Below, in pieces: positions 10,568 through 21,267 of a stretch of 53,524 nucleotides of DNA. Position 1 is the first letter of the stretch. The number at the start of each line of letters is the position of its first letter. A program made the translations under genes and the position numbers. Where the stretch lies: IMG/VR virus record IMGVR_UViG_3300020045_013114, positions 1-53,524 of that record. One strand, given 5' to 3'. The notes under the pieces are model-generated. The model worked only from the letters and a program-made list of their open reading frames with translations, did no database searches and had not been told where the DNA came from. Source of the stretch: a virus. Lineage: Duplodnaviria; Caudoviricetes.

Positions 10568-12396
10568 ATGCAAGTACATACATTTAGCACAGGAGGTTGT
10601 ACAGATGGAATTTATTTAGAATCACTATCTTTGACAAAAGAAGGGGTTTCTAATTTAATTGATACGCATTTTGATAGAGAATATATCGATAGGGATTTTC
10701 AAAAAGCAGTTGTTAAAGGGGATAGAATTATAGTATCTTATATTGATACGGATACAAAGGAAGTTGAAACAGAATCTTATAGGTTAATTTCTTTTGATGT
10801 TTATTAATCTTTTCCGCGCGAACTTACAATTTAATAAACAAAACATTACTACAATCAATTTAAACAACAGTAACAACCCTTTTAAACCATAAACAAATGA
10901 AAACAACATCTAAATACCAACAAGCAAAAACAAGGCTTAAAACGCTTGCAAAAGATATAAAACTATCGCACCCAACAGACAAACCTATGATAAGAATGGT
11001 TATTAACGATGGCGTTGATGCTTATACAGGATACTTTAGTCTTTCTGACTATCAAAGGGATTTATTGTCTAATTATGCTTGTAAATTGCATCCTAAAAAT
11101 TAACTGTTCTTTTTAATTCTTTTTTGCCGAAAATTAAAAACAATATTAAACCACTAAAAAATTAAATTATGGAACTTAACGCGAATCAAATATTAACTTG
11201 GCAACAAGCGTATGAATGGCAAAAGTTAGAAACTCCAAAATATATTACAGGTTTTAATCTTAAAACACATAAAGAATTTATGAAGCCGTTTTTAAAAGCG
11301 GGTTATATACATAAAGATACTTTAAAATATACAGGAGTTTTTAGACTAACTAAAAAAGGAATAGAAAAATTTGAGGAATTAAAAGACCAGCTTTAATTTT
11401 TTCGCGCAAAAACAAATAAAAACAGCAATTCAATACAACAATATTTTCAAATAAAAAAATTTATTTTCAATTATTTTAATCTTACATTTGTAATGTAATA
11501 AAAACACTAAAAATTATGAAAAATATTCCCTACGATTACCTTTATTTAGGTTTTGCTTTAGCCTTTTTTGCCGATTTATCTTTTTTAAATTGGAAATTTT
11601 ATGCAATACTCATACCTTTTGCAGTTTTTGAAACTTTTAAAAATTTTAAAAAGAATTAACTATGAATACAAATTTAGAAAAAATACAAGACCTGCTTTTT
11701 AAAAGATTTAATACTTCAATCGATGTTAGCTATGAAAATTTTAGATACACTATTACACCAACCGACAATATTAAATTAGCAATGGAGTTGGAAGTTGAGG
11801 TTGATAGCGAGGATTATTTTTATGACCTTGATAAAATAGAAACAGCAATTAATTTATTATTCTTATGAAACCATTAGATAGATTAAGAGAACAGTTTTAA
11901 ACCTCTCTTTAATTCTTTTTCCCGCGCCACAATAGTAAACAAACACCAAACATTTAATTTAAGCATATTAACAGCCGTTTTAAGGCACAAAAAATAAAAT
12001 TATGATATTAGAGCCACCAAAAACAAAAGAGGACTTTGAAGCTATAAAACACACTATTATAGAACTTATGCAAAATCCCTATGCGGATGGAAGAATGATT
12101 GAAAAATTAAAAGTAAAACTAATTAACACGGAAAATAAACTTAAAGAATTATAATTATGAAAGATATAGTATTAACAGATATGGGCGAAGTAATTGATAA
12201 TTTAGTCCGTGATTATGATTGTAGTCAATATTTAATGGATTGGATTTTGGCAAGGATTAATGAAATAGAAGAGAGAGATAATAATTTTGTCTTAATTCGT
12301 GAAGAGGAAGGATTAGGATACATATTAGACGAGTTTGATAACTTTGAGGACGAACCAATTGAAACAACTACATTTTGGTTTGAGGATTTTCAATAA
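10568..12396 (+). other. Loosely spaced early-type ORFs (10568, 10897, 11169, 11662, 12157)
   Basis: 68-79 aa ORFs with A/C-rich spacers; promoter box TACATTTG at 11483. Confidence 0.65.
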
Positions 12397-12470
12397 GGAA
12401 TTAATAATTAATATCCAAATTTTATTTTAAATATTTTTACTTTACCTTTACACTATAAAATAAAGACATT

Positions 12471-12890
12471 ATGACACGTATTAACGCCTCAATCAAACCG
12501 TTTGAACTTTCTAATAGTATGTTATTCGCCGAATATAGAGAAATAAAACGCATACCAAACACAATTAAAACAGGTAAAGCGGTTATAAAAAATATACCAA
12601 AACAGTTTAAATTAGAACAGAATCACGTTAAATTCTTTTACGACAAGATTTTATATTTAAAACGTCGAAGCGATGCTCTTTACATTGAATGTTTGAACCG
12701 TGGCATTAATGCGCCTGATTATTCAGAATGTTACAAAGACATACCAAGCCATTTATTTAATGATTGGCGCGAAACAAAAGAATCAAGAGAACTTTTAAAA
12801 GAGAGAATTAATAAACGCTTAACAGAATCAAAACAAACTATTAGATTTTATGATAGAGTTGTAACGCTTGAAGAAGCACTAATAAAATAA
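12471..12890 (+). CDS. denV: Pyrimidine-dimer DNA glycosylase (T4 endonuclease V-like)
   Basis: MTRIN..L.AEYREIKR..IP..FKL...HVKFFYDK..YL..R....ECL.RG. Confidence 0.92.
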   Translation: MTRINASIKPFELSNSMLFAEYREIKRIPNTIKTGKAVIKNIPKQFKLEQNHVKFFYDKILYLKRRSDALYIECLNRGINAPDYSECYKDIPSHLFNDWRETKESRELLKERINKRLTESKQTIRFYDRVVTLEEALIK

Positions 12891-13497
12891 AGTTATGAAA
12901 TATCAAGATAGATTAAATAAGGTGCAGGAGATATTTAAAATTGCAAGAGATAAAGAACATAATATTTATACAATTGCTTTTTTATTAGCTAACTACAATG
13001 ATAGAGAGTTTGAGTAAAAATTCTGTTTTTATTCTTTTTTCACGGAAAATAATTTAAAAAATAAACAATATGAAAACAATAACATTACAAGGAACAGATA
13101 GTCAATTAGATAACCTAAAATTTATTGAAAGTTTACAAAAAGTAGAAACAAGAGTTTATGTAGTTGATACACACTCTTTATTTTCAAAACCTCATTGGGA
13201 ATTATCAGAAGAAAAATTTATGAGTCTAGCAGAAGAACAAGGAACGGTTTACACTTTGGAAGGTTTTCAAAAGGATTTTAATATTGGTTCAATAAGTGAA
13301 ACTACTTCTGTTATTAGATTTATTAACGTAACAATTTAAAAAATGGAAAAATATCCCGAACTAACAGAAATAGCCAATAAATTAGGCTTAGAATTGTTAC
13401 ATAGAATACACGAGGAAACAAGTAAAGTAGAATCTAAAATGGAATATAAGTTTCAATATGTTTTAGAAGATATTTTAGGTAAATTGGAGAAGAATAT

Positions 13498-13941
13498 ATG
13501 AGTAAGTTTTTAACAGTTTTATTCTGTTTATTTTATTTTTGCGGAAATTCACAAACAATAACAAAAGTAATAGATGGCGACACTTATATAATCGATTATA
13601 AGCAACGAATTAGATTATATGCAGTTGATAGTCCAGAAGCAACTCAAACTTACGGCAGAGAGGCTAAAAAGTATGTTGAGAAGCTTTTATTACATAAAAA
13701 AGTAAGGCTTGCAACAATAAAAACAGATAAATATGGGAGAACTATTGCAAAAGTTTATATTAACGGCAAAGATTTATCAGAAATATTAATTGAAAATGGT
13801 ATTGCTTGGCATTATTCTTATTTTGACAGTTCTTTTATTTTGGCGCAAAAAGAAGAAACAGCAAGAAAAAATAAATTAGGATTTTGGAAATACCCAAATC
13901 CTATTAACCCTTATAAATTTAGAAAACAATGGAAAACTTAG
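13498..13941 (+). CDS. Thermonuclease (SNase-like) with N-terminal signal or lipoprotein-like sequence
   Basis: VIDGDT, IRLYAVDSPE, DKYGRTIA, A..NKLGFW. Confidence 0.9.
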   Translation: MSKFLTVLFCLFYFCGNSQTITKVIDGDTYIIDYKQRIRLYAVDSPEATQTYGREAKKYVEKLLLHKKVRLATIKTDKYGRTIAKVYINGKDLSEILIENGIAWHYSYFDSSFILAQKEETARKNKLGFWKYPNPINPYKFRKQWKT

Positions 13942-16900
13942 AAGATTACTTAGAAACACATTTTGAAATAGCTTCATACATAGACAGAAAATCTAATGCC
14001 ATTGAAGATAATAATATAGCTAAAATAAGATATACAGGAGGACAAGGTGCTTTACATATTTTGGCAAAAGACTGGACAGATGAGTTTCAAGAAAAATATA
14101 AAGACGTAGTATGGGGAGAAGAATTGGAGTATTTTGATGAGTTAGATGAATTTTTAAATGATAAAATAGAGGAATTATGAGAGATTTAATCACAGCAATA
14201 TTTTCATTGCTATTAATACTTACTTTTTGGCTCACTGTAATAGTGGGAATAGCTTGGTTATTTGATTACAAACCCGATAACTTATATTTTGTATGGGGTG
14301 TTTGTTATAAGAGTTTGATAGTTTCTTTTCTATTTTATCTTCTTTTTGGCGGAAATAAAAATTAAAAAATATGAGACACCACTTAAAAATAACAGCGTCC
14401 AATTTTAAAATTGATGAACAAAAACTAACTACTTTTGCATTAGAAAATCACAGAAAGTACGGAATAATAGATGAAAATGGATTTGTAACAACTTCAACTT
14501 GGTACACAGATAATTTAGTGAAAGACTTTAAAAACCAAAACAAATGAATAATCTAAAATTAGCAAAACAAAATTACCCCAAAAATAGTTACTTTATAACT
14601 GCAACAAATAAAATAAACAGTCCTTTAAAAGTAACAACTTTACGAGAAAGTGACATAACAGGAGATATTGTAAATGATGAAGGTGGTGTAGTGTGGGAAA
14701 GAGAATCAAATACTTGGGCAAAGATATGTTAGCAGGAGAAGCATTAAAAATAGCAGAGAAATTATATCCACCAGGAACTTGGATATTACCTCATCCAAAT
14801 AAATATTTTACAGAGCCAGCAATGGTAAGAGGAAGATTAGATATAGCAGAGTATTATTATGGAGTTTGTCATCAAAGTTTCTATCCTATTTGGACACCCA
14901 AACACGGTTTTGCCAAGATAGTGGAGAAACCAGAACACAGTAAATTTTATGGATTTTAATTAAGTATTATGAAAAAACAAGAAGTTGCCCGAAACGTAAG
15001 AGTTAAATTAAATGAGAATTTTAAAATTGACTCATTAGCAGATAAGTATTTAACTGAAGAGCCTATAATTTTTATTGCAGATAATCATATTTACAATGAT
15101 ATAAAAGGAGAATATGTATTTATTAAAGGAGGAAGTTTTCTTAACTCAACTACAGCTTATCTAACAGAGCTAGATTTAGAGTTTCCAATAACAGAAAATC
15201 CCCTTTACACAACACAAGAATATTCTTGGACAAATAGTGCGGTTTCCTACCTTTTGGCGGAAAAAGAAAGAATAGAAAAACAGATATTTGAATTGGATAA
15301 TATGGCTTTAATAAATTATGAACTAAATAAATTATGAAAACAACTAAACAGAAAGCAATCGATTGGTATAACGGTTTAGGTAAAACTAAAAGAGACGAAT
15401 TAGCACTTGATTACTATGGAAGTACTTTACTGTGGGACGATGAAATAGAAGCGATGTATATATTCTATGTGCCAGAAGAGATAACATTTACAAAGGAAGA
15501 TTTACAACAGTCTTTTAATGCAGGAGTAAAAAGAGGTTACAGTGGTTATCCTAATACAGATAATTGGACACAGCCTGAATTTGAAGATTGGTTTAATTCT
15601 TTTTTCGCGCAAAAAACTAAAACAGAAGAAAAATGAAAATAGAAATGAGTAAAGAGCAGGTTTTAAAAGATTTGATTACACTAAAATCTAAATTCCAACA
15701 CGTACATAAGTATTATTCTCTTTCAGATAAAGAATTAACAAAGAATAATTTTGATGAGATTATTGAGAATTTGAAGAAATATTTAACAGAAACATTATGA
15801 AAATAATTTATATGCCCCCAAACAATAAACCTAATAGCTCAAGATAATAATGAAGAAGCTCAAGAGTTAATTAGAAGTGGAGTTGTAATTGACTATGAAG
15901 GTGGAAAATATTTAAAAATAGAAGAATAAAATTTCTGTTTGCCGAAAATTAATCGTATATTTGTAGAATAAAAATAATAAATTATGGAATTAGGAAAATT
16001 GAAAAACCATTTTGAACAAATGGAATCAGGAAAAGTATTAGATTACAAATTAAGCAATCCTTTCTCTTGGAGAGGTATTTATGCCGAATGTGCTTTTAAA
16101 ATTTTAAAAGAAAGTTCTACAAAAGAAGAAAATTTAGAAAAAATAGAAATGGCACTAACCGAAGAGTTTCACGGTTATAAAGGAGGGGAGTATAGATATG
16201 ACTTAGCCACCGATGTTCATTTCGAGGATAGTTTTGGTAGTTGGACAGATGGGGGTTATTCAAGAAGGCTAATTGAGGAAATAAAACAGGAAAAAGAATA
16301 TGTTTCTGTTGAAGAAGAGCTTGTTAACCTGATATTTATTTAATAATTGCGCGCGAAAAAAAGAATAAACAAATGAAACTACTATCCTACCAACTAATAG
16401 AACAAAAAATAGAATTTCAATTTGAAGATAATCAAAGAGCAACATTATATAGTTTTGGTAAAGATTTTATTTCTGATACTTCTGATTGGGTTACAAAACA
16501 TTCTTTGGCGGAAATTAAAAAGAAACTGTTGAAAGATGGAATTGAAGCAGATTTAAGTGAGTTTGTAAATAGAGAATTTAAGAAATATTGGGAGTAATGA
16601 AACACAATGAAAAACAAGCTAAAAAAGCTAAGAGAGTATTAATAGACTATCATAATTATAAAGAAAGTGATTTTTATTTTGATGATACTATAAGAATGAA
16701 TTGTAAAGATAATGTAGGTATTAGTGCTTTTGATTTTGTAGAAAATTTACCGTTTCTTTTATCTTTTTGCGGCGAAAAATTAAAAAATAAATTATGAAAA
16801 GTAGAGTTATAATTAGAGATGATAATGAGGATAATATAAAAGGCATTGTCGAAGATTTTAAAAGGGAATATCCTAGTAAAACAGTCACAATAGACCCCAA

Positions 16901-17633
16901 TAACGAGGTTTATTACGACATTAACATTTCACAAATTCCAAATATCGGAACAGATTTATTTACATACTTTGGATTAGCTGTTGTTGAAGAAATTACCTTT
17001 TCCTTAATAAAAAAATATCCAACTCATATATGGATTAGGTTAATTTAATTCCGCGAAAAAACAAAATAAAACAGAAGAATATTTGGAAATTAATAAAAAT
17101 AATTGTACGTTTGTACTATAAAAAATAACATATGAAAATAGTAAAACATTGGTGGCAAAAACGCCAAATAAAAGAAAGAGAGAATGAAGTCAGCACAAGA
17201 CAAGAAACAATTCTATTCAATATATTTGATGATTTAACAGTAGTAGAATCAGTTAATCTATTTGAAGAAGTTCATTCTGTTTTTGTAGATAAGTTGAGTA
17301 GGAAGTTAGAGATTATTAATGAGGAGAAGGAGTGTATAGAGAAATTTCTTTCTTAATTCTTGGCTTTACGCCTTTAATTCGCAAAAAAACAAAATTATGA
17401 TATACATTATAGCAATAGCAGTTTATTTAGTAAGCGTTTACTTTGTTTGGAGATATATGAGAATAGCACATTCAAAAGGTGGAATATGGTATAATCTAGA
17501 TATAGATGCTGGTACAATTTTCTGGACAGTTGCGCCTGTTTTTAACACAATTGCGGTATTTCTAGCTTACGTATTTTTTCCGCCAAAAGAGAGAAAAAGA
17601 AATTATAACAAATTCTTTAAAATAAAGAAATGA
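13929..17633 (+). other. Run of small hypothetical ORFs (13929-17397), some of them membrane proteins
   Basis: Coupled ORFs; promoters at 15956 (TATATTTG) and 17106 (TACGTTTG). Confidence 0.7.
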
Positions 17634-18169
17634 AAAAGCTACTATTAATCCTACTCATAACAACAGCAACATATTCTCAAAACGTCTATTTCTTAGCAGG
17701 ATTTGATATAAAGAATATGATTGTAGGGAGTGCACCAACAGAAAATAAACCAGAATTAGACTTGCTTCTAAGATTTGGAATGGTGGGAACTATACCTAAT
17801 CACATTACTACACTAGAAGTTCAAGTGGGATATGAAAGGTTTGAAAAACTTGATTACAGTCGTTCTTTTTTTGGTTTGGGTGTTCAGCTATATCCATTTA
17901 AAGATATCACTGTAATACCTACAATAGAGCCTTCGTTGATAGATAGATGGGATAATTGGGGAGGTGGTTTGGGCGAAATAAAACAAAAAAGCAGTCATTT
18001 AACATTGGGAGCATCTTTAGCAGTTAGATATGAATTAAGTTATCATATTTCTTTAGAGATTCAAAGCGGAGTATTACCAAGAACAGATTTATATACGATG
18101 TATCGGTCTATTCATAATAGTGTCCCTATTGTAGTTAATAACAGTTGTTCTGTTTTATATAGATTTTAA
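17630..18169 (+). CDS. Outer-membrane beta-barrel protein
   Basis: Signal peptide MKKLLLILLITTATYSQ, amphipathic beta strands, C-terminal YRF. Confidence 0.7.
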   Translation: MKKLLLILLITTATYSQNVYFLAGFDIKNMIVGSAPTENKPELDLLLRFGMVGTIPNHITTLEVQVGYERFEKLDYSRSFFGLGVQLYPFKDITVIPTIEPSLIDRWDNWGGGLGEIKQKSSHLTLGASLAVRYELSYHISLEIQSGVLPRTDLYTMYRSIHNSVPIVVNNSCSVLYRF

Positions 18170-18317
18170 AAAGTAAAAAGATGGAAACAAAGTTCACTAA
18201 AGCAATGGAGTATTTCAACAGCATTATCAATAAAGTTGAAAAAGGGAGTAAAGAGTATAAGCTAATGTGTTTGTTGAAATATAGGTATATTCAGGATTAT
18301 TAAAAAATCTGTTTTTA

Positions 18318-18349
18318 TTTGTTTTTGCGCCGAAAAAATTGTATATTTG
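18318..18349 (+). promoter_or_regulatory. Bacteroidota-type promoter
   Basis: TTTG-N20-TATATTTG with a CG-core motif in the spacer. Confidence 0.8.
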
Positions 18350-18368
18350 TAAAATAAACTAATAGCAG

Positions 18369-19142
18369 ATGAATTATTTAGAATACTTACAAAGAGAAAT
18401 TAAAGGAGGTCTTAAGGATAAGAAAAGAATAAAAAATATAATTAGTAGTTTTGTAGAGATTGACAACTCTGAAAATTATACAGAGGGTGTCTATCAGATA
18501 GAAAATTTCTATATTGGGCGGTCAAAGAATATCGAGTCAAGAATAGTATATCACATTTTAGAATTAATAGACATAGAAGAGGGCAAGATATTAAATAAGG
18601 AAAAATTGTTTTTAATTAAAAGTGTCCTTAAAGAAAGAAAATTAAAAGTTAAAATATTGAGTAGTAATCAAGAAGAGGAGGAATTCTTCATAAAAGAGCT
18701 ATATAATAAAATACCACTAACTAATATAGAATTTGTAACGCCTTCTATGCAAGATATCAGAAGACTGCAACATATTAGTTTAGCGGAGAATAAAAAATAC
18801 TTTATAAATGTTGTAAGATTTACTTCTGATTTATTTGTGGCTAAGACAGTTATAAACAAAACACTTATTTTTAAAATAGCTTATAAATCAAAAGTTGCAC
18901 AAGCACAATTAAAAGACTACCTGAATCCAAGCTCAAAAAATAAAAAATATCAACCAAAAATAATTGGAGAGGTATCAAAGACCATAACAGATTATAACTA
19001 TGTAGCTGTAAAACGGGGTAAAGTTACAGGTATATATAAGCAAGAGGAAGATTGGAATGGACAAACAGCAGGTTTTAAACTGGCAAGTATTAAGGGATTT
19101 GACAATATAGAGAATGCAAGAGTCTGGATGAAACGGAAGTAA
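18369..19142 (+). CDS. GIY-YIG-like nuclease fused to RNase H1 N-terminal (hybrid-binding/viroplasmin) domain
   Basis: GVYQIENFYIGRSKNIESR..H; C-terminal YVAVKRGKVTGIY..W..Q.AGF.....KGF....A..W. Confidence 0.65.
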   Translation: MNYLEYLQREIKGGLKDKKRIKNIISSFVEIDNSENYTEGVYQIENFYIGRSKNIESRIVYHILELIDIEEGKILNKEKLFLIKSVLKERKLKVKILSSNQEEEEFFIKELYNKIPLTNIEFVTPSMQDIRRLQHISLAENKKYFINVVRFTSDLFVAKTVINKTLIFKIAYKSKVAQAQLKDYLNPSSKNKKYQPKIIGEVSKTITDYNYVAVKRGKVTGIYKQEEDWNGQTAGFKLASIKGFDNIENARVWMKRK

Positions 19143-19154
19143 TTTAAGTTTTCC

Positions 19155-19185
19155 TTGTGGAATTCAAACTAATACACTATCTTTG
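19155..19185 (+). promoter_or_regulatory. Bacteroidota-type promoter
   Basis: TTG-N20-TATCTTTG. Confidence 0.75.
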
Positions 19186-19204
19186 TAAGAGAAAATTAAA
19201 GAAA

Positions 19205-19876
19205 ATGAAAATAGAACAAATAAGTACAGTAGACATAACAGATAAAGGAGGAGTATTTGATGTAACTAAGCAATTCACTAAGTTTATTTATCAAGGAGTT
19301 ACTTATTCTTACATTGCTACAGGTTTTGTGAGAGAAGTATTTAAATCAGAAGACGGATTATCTGTTATAAAAATACCAAAGAGTGAAAGTAGAATAGACC
19401 ATAATATCTTAGAATATGAGGTATATAGAGATGCTCCTGAGTGGTGTAAAAGCCATATTGCAAAAACAGAATTAACAAAAGATAATTACGTAATTCAAGA
19501 GTTTGTAAAAGTAAATCCAGATGCAGGAAATTTTTACAGAGAGATAGGCACTAGAGAATCAGACGGAAAAGCTGTTATATTTGATTGTGATATTTTCCTA
19601 GATTCAAGAATGAAAAAACCAGAAAATGGCTTTAAATACCAACAAGTTTTTTGTAAATCGAATGCTTTTGGAGAAGCGTCTGTTAGGGCTAAAATGTTAC
19701 CTAGAGAGATAAGATTGCAATACAAAAAGGCGGTGGAAAAACATTTTCCAAATATAAATAATCAAAAATTCACAAGTAACGGGACTGATGAGACGTATAT
19801 TGATGATATTTTAGTTCCCATACAAATAGCAGATGAATGTGGATTTAATTTTAAAACAAGAATAGACTACGAATAA
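19205..19876 (+). CDS. Protein-kinase-like fold protein (degenerate)
   Basis: IATGFVREVF..VIKIP..N.LEY.VY..IQEFV..IG...AVIFD; start moved to ATG 19205 downstream of the promoter. Confidence 0.55.
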   Translation: MKIEQISTVDITDKGGVFDVTKQFTKFIYQGVTYSYIATGFVREVFKSEDGLSVIKIPKSESRIDHNILEYEVYRDAPEWCKSHIAKTELTKDNYVIQEFVKVNPDAGNFYREIGTRESDGKAVIFDCDIFLDSRMKKPENGFKYQQVFCKSNAFGEASVRAKMLPREIRLQYKKAVEKHFPNINNQKFTSNGTDETYIDDILVPIQIADECGFNFKTRIDYE

Positions 19877-20232
19877 TTTCGCGCAAAAAACTTAAAAACA
19901 GAAAAATAAATATGAATAATTACACACCGATTGACATCGAAACCTATTTAGAAAGAGAACACATTAAAACACTACCTCAAGAAGTAAAAGACAAAATAAG
20001 AGAAATAAGAACGACTTGGGAATACGTCCCGAATCCAATATTTAGAGAGCTACACACAACTTTAGGGGTAGTAAAACGGCTTAAAAAAACTGAAAAAACC
20101 AAGAGCCCTCTTCACAAACGGAGAAAAAATTGTATATTTTAATAGTTATAAAGGAACTTTTGATATTGTTGGCGAATTTTTAGATTAATTCAAAATAAAG
20201 TATTATCTTTGTAGAATAAAAGAATAGAAATT

Positions 20233-20538
20233 ATGAAAAGTGATTTAATTAGAGAGTTTGAAATGATGGAAGGTATCTCAGTTGACCAGTTCGACTTAAA
20301 AGAATGGCATAGATTTGAGAGATTTGTTCTTTCGCGGGAAAAAGAAAATAAAGAAGATATGAAAAAGTACACATTAATTTATGCAGATATTATGCAATTA
20401 GGAAGTCATCAAAACAGTATTACAAAATTAAAGTATGTTGAGTGCTTACCAACGGAGTTAGATAAAGTAATTGAAGAAGATATTGGATGGGGAAATATAT
20501 GGTTTATTTTTGATGGGCATTGTAAACAATCGGAATAA
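20233..20538 (+). CDS. Hypothetical protein
   Basis: ORF preceded by TATCTTTG at 20204. Confidence 0.7.
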   Translation: MKSDLIREFEMMEGISVDQFDLKEWHRFERFVLSREKENKEDMKKYTLIYADIMQLGSHQNSITKLKYVECLPTELDKVIEEDIGWGNIWFIFDGHCKQSE

Positions 20539-20730
20539 TTATGAGAACTAAAGAAGAAATAAAACGGCTAAAAGAAGAAGAACCTTGGGAATATGATGCT
20601 TTATATAGCGACCCAGTAACAGGACAAAGCCATTCAGATAATAGTGGATGTGCAGAAGTGTTCTTTATAGCTTTGATAGCTTTAGGGACTTGGGGATTAG
20701 TTAGTTTAATAATAAATACAATTTAAAAAT

Positions 20731-21252
20731 ATGACAACAGAACAAGAAGAATTATTTAAAGCAGACCCTTTTATAAAAATGATATTAGAGTCAGGAGACT
20801 ATACATCAGTTAACCTTGTAGGAGGAGCTGTGATTGACATCCTTGAAAAAAGGAAGCCAAAGGATTACGACTTAGTAGGCTATATTTCAGATACTTTAAT
20901 TAAAAATTTAGGTTTAATCTATCAATATGAGACAAAAACGGCAAAAACATTTAAAAAAGAAAAGCTAACAATTCAAATACTAAAAACAGCTAAGGAAGAC
21001 TTTGATTTTAAAATATCACTAGCAAATTTAGAAATACGTCCAAATACTAAAAGACTGCTATTAGCAATAGATAATGATTCTTTTGAAAATAAGATGCTAA
21101 TACCTTGTGAAAAATGCTGGACGGAGCGTAAAAATGCTATGAACACACTTCATAGAATAGTTCACTGGGCTAAAAAAGGATATAAAATAAATGCAACCAC
21201 ATATCTAAGTTTATTGGGTGTGATAGCTAAAAGTAATAATATAAATAGTTAA
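20731..21252 (+). CDS. Nucleotidyltransferase, CCA-adding/poly(A) polymerase head domain
   Basis: LVGGAVIDIL....PKDYDL motif and FDFKI. Confidence 0.8.
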   Translation: MTTEQEELFKADPFIKMILESGDYTSVNLVGGAVIDILEKRKPKDYDLVGYISDTLIKNLGLIYQYETKTAKTFKKEKLTIQILKTAKEDFDFKISLANLEIRPNTKRLLLAIDNDSFENKMLIPCEKCWTERKNAMNTLHRIVHWAKKGYKINATTYLSLLGVIAKSNNINS

Positions 21253-21267
21253 GTAAAGCTCGATATT

